Source: an uncultured candidate division Zixibacteria bacterium (GTDB lineage: Bacteria > Zixibacteria > MSB-5A5 > GN15 > FEB-12). Taken from it: DNA of 64,000 bases. Within the stretch, counting starts at the first letter, position 1; every line of letters begins with the position of its first letter. Of this stretch, positions 56,155-64,000 are shown piece by piece. The notes beneath the pieces are model-generated. The model was not told the origin of the DNA and did no database searches. It was given only the letters and a program-made list of their open reading frames with translations. The translations under genes and the position numbers were made by a program. Location: NCBI GenBank assembly GCA_963711085.1, contig CAVQCT010000005.1:107859-171858 (forward strand), written 5' to 3'.

Positions 56155-56835
56155 CTATTCGTCTTTCTGCTCTTTTTCCCTGAAACCGATCCGCGGAAAC
56201 GGGTTCACGATGGAACTCGCGATGTTGGTCAGGTGCGCGTTCACCCGCTTCAAATATCGGGCATACATGGCAAGACTCACCGATTCACCAGTTGACAGGG
56301 ATCGGTCTTTGACCAGAATCATGTCGTCCACGATTTGATCGCTCTTCTTAGCGATTTCCTGTTCCACCTGCAGCACGGTGCGGGCCCGATCCTGATCCTG
56401 CGTTTTGAGAACGTCGATTACCATTGGGAAATGTTTCTCGATCGCCCGTTCGATCTCCTGCAGCGTCGATTCATGAATCCCGCCCTTCAGCATCCTGTTG
56501 TGAAGGTTGGCGAGGCCGGCGATATTCTTGGTGTAATCGCCGATTCGCTCGACATCGATAACGATCGACACCAACGCCAGACCCGGCACCAGATTCTCGT
56601 TTCCGGCCACAGCCAGATGGGTCAGCACTTTGCGGCGCACTTCCCGTTCGTACTTGTTGATCTTGCGATCGGTGGCCCGAATGTCGAAGGGCAAATCGGA
56701 AGTGTCCGTATCGCGTAGGGTCTTGCGGGAAGCATGGTACATCTGCTGATCGAACTCAAGCATCAGCAGGGTGGTCTGAAAGGCTTCGTCCAGCAGACTG
56801 ACCGACCCGAATAGCTCTTTGAATTTATTGAACAT
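56155..56835 (-). CDS. phoU: PhoU-family regulator
   Basis: GAGGAG RBS. Two PhoU repeats including VERIGDYTKNIA. Located directly downstream of the Na/Pi cotransporter gene. Confidence 0.75.
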   Translation of the reverse strand: MFNKFKELFGSVSLLDEAFQTTLLMLEFDQQMYHASRKTLRDTDTSDLPFDIRATDRKINKYEREVRRKVLTHLAVAGNENLVPGLALVSIVIDVERIGDYTKNIAGLANLHNRMLKGGIHESTLQEIERAIEKHFPMVIDVLKTQDQDRARTVLQVEQEIAKKSDQIVDDMILVKDRSLSTGESVSLAMYARYLKRVNAHLTNIASSIVNPFPRIGFREKEQKDE

Positions 56836-56846
56836 GATAGCTCCTC

Positions 56847-57971
56847 TTATTTGCACAAATAGATTATGACGCCGGGTATGAGAAAAAACACGACGATAAT
56901 ATATCCTATCGGCACCAGCCGAGATTTCTGGGTGAGTTCACTGAGTTTTTTCGCCAGCCAGATCGGAATGAATTTCAGGGGCCAGAAGATGAATATGCCA
57001 AAGATGTTGAACATGAGGTGGGCAAAAGCGACGGCCACCGCCTGATGCGATCCGGTCACGAACGAGGCCAGGAACGCCGTTATGGTCGTTCCGATATTGG
57101 CTCCCAGGAGATAGGGATAGACCTGCTGGATGGTAATAACGCCGGCACCCAGAAGCGGGACAACGATAGATGTCGTGATGGACGACGACTGCACCAGGGT
57201 GGTCAGGCAAACGCCAAGCAGGAAGCCAAGCGCAGGGGTTCTGAAGATGTAGCGCTGGAAGAACTTTTCGACTTTCGTCAGCACCAACGACCTCAGTACG
57301 ACAACAATGTATCTGAGTGCGATAAACAGCAGCAAAAGCGCAACCACGGCCGCCATCCAGCCGGATCGATGAGTCAGGTGAATGATCAGCTCGGCCACCG
57401 GACCGGTTAAAGCCTTGAGCGGTGAAGTGAATTTGAGGCCGCCGAATCCGGCGAAGATGGTTTCCATGTATTTGGCCGATGCGCCGATGATATTGAAATA
57501 GATCTGCAGCGGCAGGAGAACAATGACCGAACAAATGTTGAAGAAGTCATGGAGCAATGATCCGCAGAACGCCCGCTTGAATTCATCGCCGCGATTGATA
57601 TGGCCGAGCGAGACAATTATGTTCGTAACGGAAGTGCCGATGTTGGCTCCCATGACCATTGGTACCGATGACTCAAACGAAAGTACGCCCGATGCGACCA
57701 GTCCGACGATAATCGAAGTTGTGGTGGAGGAAGACTGAATAATCGCAGTAGTAACCAGCCCGATCATGAGGCCGACGACCGGATTCGAGGTCGCCTGGAA
57801 GATCGTCTCGGCAAACCCTTTACCGAACAGCTTGAAAGCATCCCCGAGAAGAGTAATGGAGAGGATAAATAAATAGACAAGACCGGCCAGGGCGAGAAGC
57901 TTCAGAATCAGCTCTCGCCGCGTAGTTGTCCGGACGGTGAAATCCCTTTCGACACCGGCTCGTACCGCCAT
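56847..57971 (-). CDS. Na+/phosphate cotransporter (NptA/YjbB family)
   Basis: Duplicated QSSS(T/I)TTSI(I/V)V motifs (AIIQSSSTTTSIIVGLV; LVQSSSITTSIVVPLL). Confidence 0.85.
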   Translation of the reverse strand: MAVRAGVERDFTVRTTTRRELILKLLALAGLVYLFILSITLLGDAFKLFGKGFAETIFQATSNPVVGLMIGLVTTAIIQSSSTTTSIIVGLVASGVLSFESSVPMVMGANIGTSVTNIIVSLGHINRGDEFKRAFCGSLLHDFFNICSVIVLLPLQIYFNIIGASAKYMETIFAGFGGLKFTSPLKALTGPVAELIIHLTHRSGWMAAVVALLLLFIALRYIVVVLRSLVLTKVEKFFQRYIFRTPALGFLLGVCLTTLVQSSSITTSIVVPLLGAGVITIQQVYPYLLGANIGTTITAFLASFVTGSHQAVAVAFAHLMFNIFGIFIFWPLKFIPIWLAKKLSELTQKSRLVPIGYIIVVFFLIPGVIIYLCK

Positions 57972-58015
57972 GCGCTCCTGTAACCCTTACCTGTTCCCAC
58001 GAGTAAATTGTTAAG

Positions 58016-58044
58016 AATATATGAGCGTCAGGTTAAGGGGTCAA
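58016..58044 (-). promoter_or_regulatory. Sigma70-like promoter of the Na/Pi cotransporter-phoU pair
   Basis: On the minus strand: TTGACC (58044-58039), 17-nt spacer, TATATT (58021-58016), about 45 nt upstream of the ATG at 57971. Confidence 0.45.
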
Positions 58045-58085
58045 GCGATTTGGATTTCCCAGTTCTCGTTATGTTCATTTCTGCC

Positions 58086-60839
58086 TCAGGGCTGCATCTT
58101 ACCGGCGGAAGTTATGATATACTGGTCAGTCCGGAAATATTTCGAAGTCACTCGTCGAATATCCTGAACCGTTACCGCCTGAAGGTCTGACAGGTAGTCC
58201 TTGTCGTATCCGAGCTTCCGCCCGAGATATTCATCGACTCCAAGATAATAGGCCTGGTTAATGCTGGACAGCTTCGCACTCATGAGCCGCCCCCAGATCT
58301 GGTTTCGAGCGCTATTGATCTCGTCCATCGTCGGGCCATCGAGCTGTAGTTTGTCTATCTGGAGCAGGATTCCATCGCGAGCCTTCTCGAAATTGCCGGC
58401 CGAAGTACCAATTACCGAATAATACCAGCCGAAATTTTTGTCGAATGTCGCTCCCGTGCCCACTGAATAGGCCAGGCCGTCACGCTCACGCAGGTTCTGA
58501 TACAGGCGCTGAGAAAGAATCGAAGCCGCGATTTCGAGCGCGGCGGCATCCTTGTCTTTGGCTCCCGGAAGGGGCGACCCGAGGTAAATGCTTATCTGCT
58601 CCTTGTTCATCTCGGCATGGTCGGTTTCTATCTTCGTGACAGGGGCGGGGGCCTGTGCCTGAAGATAAACCGACGCCGGATAACAGAGCCTGCCGAAGCG
58701 ATCGTCCACCCACTGTTTTACCATCTCGATCGGCATGTCACTCGCGATCGTCAGGATCATATTCTGCGGAGCATAGTATTTGGCATGATACGCCCTGAGG
58801 TCACCCAGCGTAATGGCCGATATCGTCTGGGCCGTCCCCATGATTGGTTTGGCATAGGCCGATGAATCGAACATCTTGTCGTAGAAAAGAGCGCGTGCGA
58901 CTTTTGAAGGCGAAGCAGCGTCGCGGCCGATCGTTCCCAACATGCTTCCGCGAATATTCTCCACTTCGGATGAATCGAACGCTGGTTGGAGCAGCATCTC
59001 GCTGAACAGGTAAAACCCCCGCCGCGCAAATTCATCGATCGTCTCGAACTTCAAAAATGAAAACTGCCCGGTGGTATAGCGATCATCGTAGGGAATCCAC
59101 GGGTTGTCATACAGTGTGACATTGGCACCGATTTTGGAAAGATCCTTGGTCAACTGCGCAGCGTCTCTGGTTGTCGTGCCTCGCTCGATACATCGATTGA
59201 CGAAATCAGTAATGCCGGTCTCGCCGTCCGGTTCATTCGCGGAGCGATCTTTCCCAAGCACATTCATGGCGAATACCCGAGTATCGGGATTGTGCTTGAT
59301 GATGACTGTCAGGCCGTTCGGAAGAACTTCGCGGTCGTAGGTCGAATTATCCGACAGCGTGAATTTCACCGAATCCGTCTTCGGGAAGACCAGTGGATAA
59401 CCGGCCAGATTGAACTGAGGGAATTTGACCGAGTCGAAATGCGCTTTGATCTGTTCATCGGTCGGTTCGGGCGGAATGTACGCTGTCTGGGTGGAATCAG
59501 CCGGTTTGACTACTACAGCGACATAGTCGGGCTGCTTCAGCCAGTGACGGGCAGCTCGTTGACAGTCCGACCACTCCACCTGAGACAGCCGCTGCGGATA
59601 CGATTGAATGAAGTCCCATCCCGTAGTCATCATCATCGGCGCGATCATGAATCCGTAATAATGCAGTTTCTCGGCCGTGAAGATGTCCTGGGCCTTGACA
59701 GAGGTCTTTATCCCTTCGATACTTTCGTTGTCCGCAATGTGACTGTCGACATTCTCGATCTGATCCAGCACCGTAGATACTATCTGGTCCGCCTTGTCCC
59801 CCTTGTCGGTGACGATATTGATCTCAACGCGCGAAAAGCCGGAATAGGTGGCAAGGGAGACCGAGGCCTCCGACGCCAACGGATCGGTCCCTCCGGTGAG
59901 GGCGGTTATCAAGGGGGAAACGCCGCTCATATTGAGATACTGGCTCAGGAGATCGATTGCCAGGTAGTCGCTGTCAGAGTATTTGGGGGCAGAGAAAGAA
60001 AAGTCGATATATGTTGATTTGACATTTGCCACGGTGTCGAAGACCTGCTGGCCGGTGAGAGCGTCAGGGCGATCATCATTTTTGTACGATGGACGCTCGG
60101 TCATAGCAACACTGTCCCTGGGTGGCATGATACTGCCGAGGGTAGAATCAACGATCTTTTTCATCTGAGGGGTGTCAAAATCACCGATCACCAAAGCCGT
60201 CATGTTGCTCGGCTCGTAGTACCGTTTCCAATAATCGATAATGGCCTCACGCGGGATGTTCTGAATGAACGCCCGATATCCCAGGACCGGGCGGCCGTAA
60301 TCGGTCCCGGCGTATGCCTTGGCGGTAAAAAAGTCCTCGGCCGGAGCCCCGGGAGCATCGGCGTCACGGTTGATTTCTTCGATAACCACTTTTCGTTCTT
60401 TGGGGAGTTCGGAGTCAGGAATGGTCGAATTGAACAGCATGTCGGCCTGCACGGCTAAGCCGTAGTCGATATACTGCCGGGGCATCAGAACCAGATAGGC
60501 GGTCAGGTCTTTCCGGGTGAAGGCATTGATATATCCGCCAAGATTCCGAATCGACTCATCGAGCTGCTGCCGATCCATGTGGGTGGTGCCGTCGAACAGC
60601 AAATGCTCCAGAAAATGAGTAATTCCATTTTCATATTGGGACTCATATTTGCTCCCTGACTTAACGAAGATGACCGATGCAATCATGGGAGAACCATGAT
60701 TCTCCTTGAGGATCACCTTCATGCCGTTGGTGAGGGTGTAAAGACTGTCTGCAGCCTTTGGCGATGACGGTATGAGCAGGGCAGAAAATAGGAAAATCAA
60801 TGCAACTGCCCCGAATGAAAGCTTACGGGAATTCAACAT
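58086..60839 (-). CDS. Secreted M16 (pitrilysin) family zinc peptidase, double-module
   Basis: Signal peptide and HFLEHLLFDGT (HxxEH) zinc motif. 917 aa, corresponding to two M16 halves. Confidence 0.85.
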   Translation of the reverse strand: MLNSRKLSFGAVALIFLFSALLIPSSPKAADSLYTLTNGMKVILKENHGSPMIASVIFVKSGSKYESQYENGITHFLEHLLFDGTTHMDRQQLDESIRNLGGYINAFTRKDLTAYLVLMPRQYIDYGLAVQADMLFNSTIPDSELPKERKVVIEEINRDADAPGAPAEDFFTAKAYAGTDYGRPVLGYRAFIQNIPREAIIDYWKRYYEPSNMTALVIGDFDTPQMKKIVDSTLGSIMPPRDSVAMTERPSYKNDDRPDALTGQQVFDTVANVKSTYIDFSFSAPKYSDSDYLAIDLLSQYLNMSGVSPLITALTGGTDPLASEASVSLATYSGFSRVEINIVTDKGDKADQIVSTVLDQIENVDSHIADNESIEGIKTSVKAQDIFTAEKLHYYGFMIAPMMMTTGWDFIQSYPQRLSQVEWSDCQRAARHWLKQPDYVAVVVKPADSTQTAYIPPEPTDEQIKAHFDSVKFPQFNLAGYPLVFPKTDSVKFTLSDNSTYDREVLPNGLTVIIKHNPDTRVFAMNVLGKDRSANEPDGETGITDFVNRCIERGTTTRDAAQLTKDLSKIGANVTLYDNPWIPYDDRYTTGQFSFLKFETIDEFARRGFYLFSEMLLQPAFDSSEVENIRGSMLGTIGRDAASPSKVARALFYDKMFDSSAYAKPIMGTAQTISAITLGDLRAYHAKYYAPQNMILTIASDMPIEMVKQWVDDRFGRLCYPASVYLQAQAPAPVTKIETDHAEMNKEQISIYLGSPLPGAKDKDAAALEIAASILSQRLYQNLRERDGLAYSVGTGATFDKNFGWYYSVIGTSAGNFEKARDGILLQIDKLQLDGPTMDEINSARNQIWGRLMSAKLSSINQAYYLGVDEYLGRKLGYDKDYLSDLQAVTVQDIRRVTSKYFRTDQYIITSAGKMQP

Positions 60840-60956
60840 ATCTATGACTCCTGTGCGAGCCGGTGCGAGGGGCTCGGCTCAAGTGTATATTTCGATAGCC
60901 GACAAGAAGTTATATTACAGGCGGTTGTCCCTTTTGTCAACTGCCGAAAAATTGAA

Positions 60957-60984
60957 TTGACTCGTAGCCGTTATCCGGTATATT
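60957..60984 (+). promoter_or_regulatory. Sigma70-like promoter upstream of 60998
   Basis: TTGACT (60957-60962), 16-nt spacer, TATATT (60979-60984). It sits only about 13 nt before the ATG, so the mRNA would be nearly leaderless. Confidence 0.35.
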
Positions 60985-60997
60985 CAGGCAACTGATT

Positions 60998-61441
60998 ATG
61001 AAAAAACTACTTAGACAGGCTCTGGGCGGACTCAAGCTCGGCGTAATTGTGCTGACGGTGGTCTCGTTTACCCTCAGTGGCGCCCAGTCAGCCAAGCGAC
61101 TCTTCACCGGCTACGGCAGCCAGCAAACAGTCGAAAAACAAATTGCTGAGTTGGCCCAATTGATTCCGGGTCCTCCTTCGCCGGACGAAGCTCCCGGCAA
61201 AATGGCTCGGGACAGCCAGCCTAACTGCGAACAACCGGCCTTTGCTGCTGCTCCAATCGTGGTCAAGACAGACAATTCAGAATCACGCATTGACTCCGAG
61301 ACGCATCAGGCGGTCAGGTTGGTGCCTGTCAACACCAGAGCTATTCCCAATCGATCGATAAAGACAAGTTCTTCGAACATCTCATCACGTCTCGCTCTTC
61401 AGTTTACGCTGGTCGGAGCGAAGCCCTCCGGCACCAGCTAA
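60998..61441 (+). CDS. Hypothetical membrane-anchored/secreted protein
   Basis: N-terminal hydrophobic segment LGVIVLTVVSFTLSGAQSA. The rest is low-complexity Ser/Pro/Ala. It occupies the position where yajC often precedes secDF but is not YajC-like. Confidence 0.45.
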   Translation: MKKLLRQALGGLKLGVIVLTVVSFTLSGAQSAKRLFTGYGSQQTVEKQIAELAQLIPGPPSPDEAPGKMARDSQPNCEQPAFAAAPIVVKTDNSESRIDSETHQAVRLVPVNTRAIPNRSIKTSSSNISSRLALQFTLVGAKPSGTS

Positions 61442-61520
61442 AGATCGGTGCCTCCCTCGCGACGCAAGTCGAACGACAATTAGCATTAGCATTTAATATC
61501 AACATTTGGAAGGAATTTAT

Positions 61521-63266
61521 ATGTCCAAGCACAATTGGCGTATTGTCCTCACAATTGCGCTGGTGATTCTGGCGGTGATCGCCTTCTGGAACACCTTCAG
61601 ATTGTGGACCATGAGCCCCGCCGAAAAGCAGACGATGCAGGAAGATGATCCTGGCGCCCTGCTGAAACTACAGCAAAAGGCGATACGCCTCGGACTGGAC
61701 CTTCAGGGAGGTATCCACGTCGTCCTCAGAGTGAAAATGGAAGAGCTTGACAAAGACTCCCAGAAAGACGCAGTCGATCGCGCCATCCAGGTGGTCCGGA
61801 GCCGTATCGATGGTCTCGGGGTGGCCGAACCGTTGATCGTCAAACAGGGGACCGACCGAATCGTGGTCGATTTGCCGGGCTACACCGATGCCGCCCGCGC
61901 CGAGGAACTGATCGGCCAGACAGCGTTGCTTCAATTCAAGCTGCTGGATACCTACGACAACGCCAATCTCCTGTTGGCGAGGCTCGACTCGGTGATTTAC
62001 AAGTACGAGCAAAGCCGGAAGAGCGGGACGGCGAAGGATACCTCGAAGGCGGCTCAGACCGAAACAGAGAAGAGCGGGAAGACCGCCCCTTCGAAATCGA
62101 CGAGCCCGAAAGACAGCTCGAACGATATGCTTGCCGAACTGATGGGTGACAGTTCGTTCGATACTGCCGCCGCGTTCGGATTCGACGAGACCAACACCGG
62201 GTCCGATGAGCATCCGCTTACCTCACGCCTGGAACCGTCCCTGTTCAACAGCACCACCGGAACGAACTGGCCGGCCTATTCGGTTTCGCGGGACGATCGG
62301 GAACGTATTGACCGATGGTTGAAGTTGCCTGAAGTCGCATCGCTGATTCCGCTCGATGACCAGTTCGCCTGGTCGACACGCTCGGAGTTGCGTAACCAGC
62401 GGCAGGTTTACATGCTCTATCTCCTCAAGAGAAAGGTGCAATTCCTCGGTCGATTCCTCGAAGGTATCAGCCTCGGGACCGGCCAGATGGGGGGATACGA
62501 AGTCAACTTCAGTCTCTCCGGCGACGGCGCTGCCGTATTCGCCACCCTCACCGGCGCGAATATCAATAAGCCGCTGGCGATCGTGCTCGACGACAAAGTC
62601 GAATCGGCTCCATTTATCAATTCGAAAATTCGGACCCGTGGTACGATCACGATGGGCAGTTCGGCCTCGATCGATGATGCCCGGAATATGGAGATCGTGC
62701 TGAAAGCCGGTGCGCTTCCCGCTCCGGTCGAAATCATCGAAAAGAACGTCGTGGGTGCGACCCTCGGCGCCGACTCGATCAAGAAAGGGTTCTATTCATC
62801 GGTCCTCGGACTTATCCTGGTGCTGCTGTTCATCGGCATCTACTACCGCGTCTCCGGGGTGATTGCCGATGTCGGTCTGATCTTCAACCTGTTCTTCCTG
62901 CTGGCCATCATGGCTGCCCTCGGCGCCACTCTCACCATGCCGGGTATCGCAGGAATTATTTTGACGATGGGTATTTCGGTCGACTCGAACATCCTGATTT
63001 TCGAGCGTATCCGCGAAGAACTTCGAACGGGCAAGACGGTCCGGGCATCGATCGATGCCGGTTACAGCCGTGCCTTCGTCGCCATCTTCGACTCCCACGT
63101 GACCACGCTTATCACCGCCGGTGCTCTGTTCCTGCTCGGTTCGGGACCGATCAAGGGATTCGCGGTAACGCTCTTCTGGGGTGTTACGATCTCCCTGTAC
63201 ACGGCATACATCATCACGAAGCAGATTTTTGATTTCCGTAAGGGTTATCAGAAGCTGAGCATATAA
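61521..63266 (+). CDS. secD: Protein translocase subunit SecD
   Basis: GLDLQGGIHVVL, RIDGLGVAEPLIVKQG, and C-terminal TM bundle motifs (GIAGIILTMGISVDSNILIFERIREE). ATG at 61521 follows GGAAGGA. Confidence 0.9.
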   Translation: MSKHNWRIVLTIALVILAVIAFWNTFRLWTMSPAEKQTMQEDDPGALLKLQQKAIRLGLDLQGGIHVVLRVKMEELDKDSQKDAVDRAIQVVRSRIDGLGVAEPLIVKQGTDRIVVDLPGYTDAARAEELIGQTALLQFKLLDTYDNANLLLARLDSVIYKYEQSRKSGTAKDTSKAAQTETEKSGKTAPSKSTSPKDSSNDMLAELMGDSSFDTAAAFGFDETNTGSDEHPLTSRLEPSLFNSTTGTNWPAYSVSRDDRERIDRWLKLPEVASLIPLDDQFAWSTRSELRNQRQVYMLYLLKRKVQFLGRFLEGISLGTGQMGGYEVNFSLSGDGAAVFATLTGANINKPLAIVLDDKVESAPFINSKIRTRGTITMGSSASIDDARNMEIVLKAGALPAPVEIIEKNVVGATLGADSIKKGFYSSVLGLILVLLFIGIYYRVSGVIADVGLIFNLFFLLAIMAALGATLTMPGIAGIILTMGISVDSNILIFERIREELRTGKTVRASIDAGYSRAFVAIFDSHVTTLITAGALFLLGSGPIKGFAVTLFWGVTISLYTAYIITKQIFDFRKGYQKLSI

Positions 63267-63284
63267 TCGAAAGGTGAGAGCAAC

Positions 63285-64000
63285 ATGTTTAGAATAATAG
63301 GTGAAACACATTTAGACTTCATAGGGCTGCGGAAGTACGCTTTCGTCCTGTCGACGTGTCTTGTACTGCTCGGCCTTATCGGATTCGTCATGATCTCCCT
63401 GGGTAAGGCGAATCTCGGCATCGATTTCGCAGGCGGAATCATGGTCCAGGGATATTTCGATCAGCCGGTGAAAATCGATGATCTCCGTAACGCCACCGTG
63501 ACGGAGTTCCCGGATATCCAGATTACCTATCTGTCTGATTTCGAAAAACCGAATGCCTTCATCGTCAAAGTCAAGCAGCCGCAATCCGAGCAGGAGAGTA
63601 AGGAGAAGCTGACGGCCCTGAAGCAATCGATTGCCAACAAGTTTCCCGGCAACGCCTTTACGATCGTATCCGAACATGTGATCGGGCCCGCCGTAGGGGA
63701 GACCCTCCGCCGGGATGCCCGCTGGGCGGTATTGCTGTCGATGTTCGGGATCATCATCTACATCTGGGTGAGATTCGACTTCCGAAGCGGAATCGCGGCG
63801 ACCATTGCGACTTTCCACGATGTTCTCGCGGTATTGGGTATCTTTTTCCTCTTCCGCCTCGAGTTCGACTCGCTGATTGTGACGGCGCTGCTGACCCTTG
63901 CGGGATATTCGCTCACTGATACGGTGGTTGTGTACGATCGAATCCGTGAGAATTTGAAGAAATTCCGCGGTAAGGGAGAGTATGCCAACGCGGTCAACGT
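63285..64000 (+). CDS. secF: Protein translocase subunit SecF (3' end outside window)
   Basis: My own translation from the ATG at 63285: MFRIIGETHLDFIGLRKYAFVLS...GIDFAGG...GPAVGETLRRDA...TFHDVLAVLGIFFLF...LAGYSLTDTVVVYDRIREN. The frame is open to the window end. Confidence 0.9.
   Translation, partial: MFRIIGETHLDFIGLRKYAFVLSTCLVLLGLIGFVMISLGKANLGIDFAGGIMVQGYFDQPVKIDDLRNATVTEFPDIQITYLSDFEKPNAFIVKVKQPQSEQESKEKLTALKQSIANKFPGNAFTIVSEHVIGPAVGETLRRDARWAVLLSMFGIIIYIWVRFDFRSGIAATIATFHDVLAVLGIFFLFRLEFDSLIVTALLTLAGYSLTDTVVVYDRIRENLKKFRGKGEYANAVN

Overview
This looks like a chromosomal window from an uncultured bacterium. T9SS/Por C-terminal sorting tails together with strong GGAGG-type ribosome-binding sites suggest a non-Bacteroidetes member of the FCB group (inference). 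No rRNA, tRNA, CRISPR, transposase or phage genes were recognised.

Gene content, left to right:
- Envelope genes: a YadA-head-like repeat protein and small OMP barrels.
- Single housekeeping genes: a cysteine-synthase-family enzyme and an ArsR + SRPBCC pair.
- An accessory island with two tandem ~1,200-aa paralogs. Each has five Cys-free C-type-lectin-like domains, a cohesin-like module, a dockerin and a T9SS tail. The 5' end of the second copy is wrecked.
- TPR and S33-hydrolase genes.
- An HD-GYP gene next to pstSCA (no pstB), with a candidate Pho box upstream.
- Duplicated OMP barrels, one carrying an amber stop.
- A decayed TPR/sigma54-activator remnant.
- nadE, a polyferredoxin pair, an SDR, a secreted GxDxY-repeat protein, a TolB-like protein, a second HD-GYP gene and ridA.
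- A respiratory supercluster: Rieske, fused cytochrome b and a membrane-anchored nonaheme cytochrome c, followed directly by an 11-gene nuoABCDHIJKLMN operon without nuoEFG.
- DUF502, an EIIA-CBS fusion, a Na/Ca-exchanger-like protein, phoU plus a Na/Pi cotransporter, an M16 peptidase and secDF.

The most interesting biology is the lectin/cohesin/dockerin/T9SS pair.

The most striking sequence-level anomaly is nine reading-frame breaks, all in the +1 direction: cytochrome b, nuoH, nuoL, a DUF4034-like gene, and five in lectin paralog 2. There are also three in-frame stop codons. These need read-level validation before any biological interpretation.
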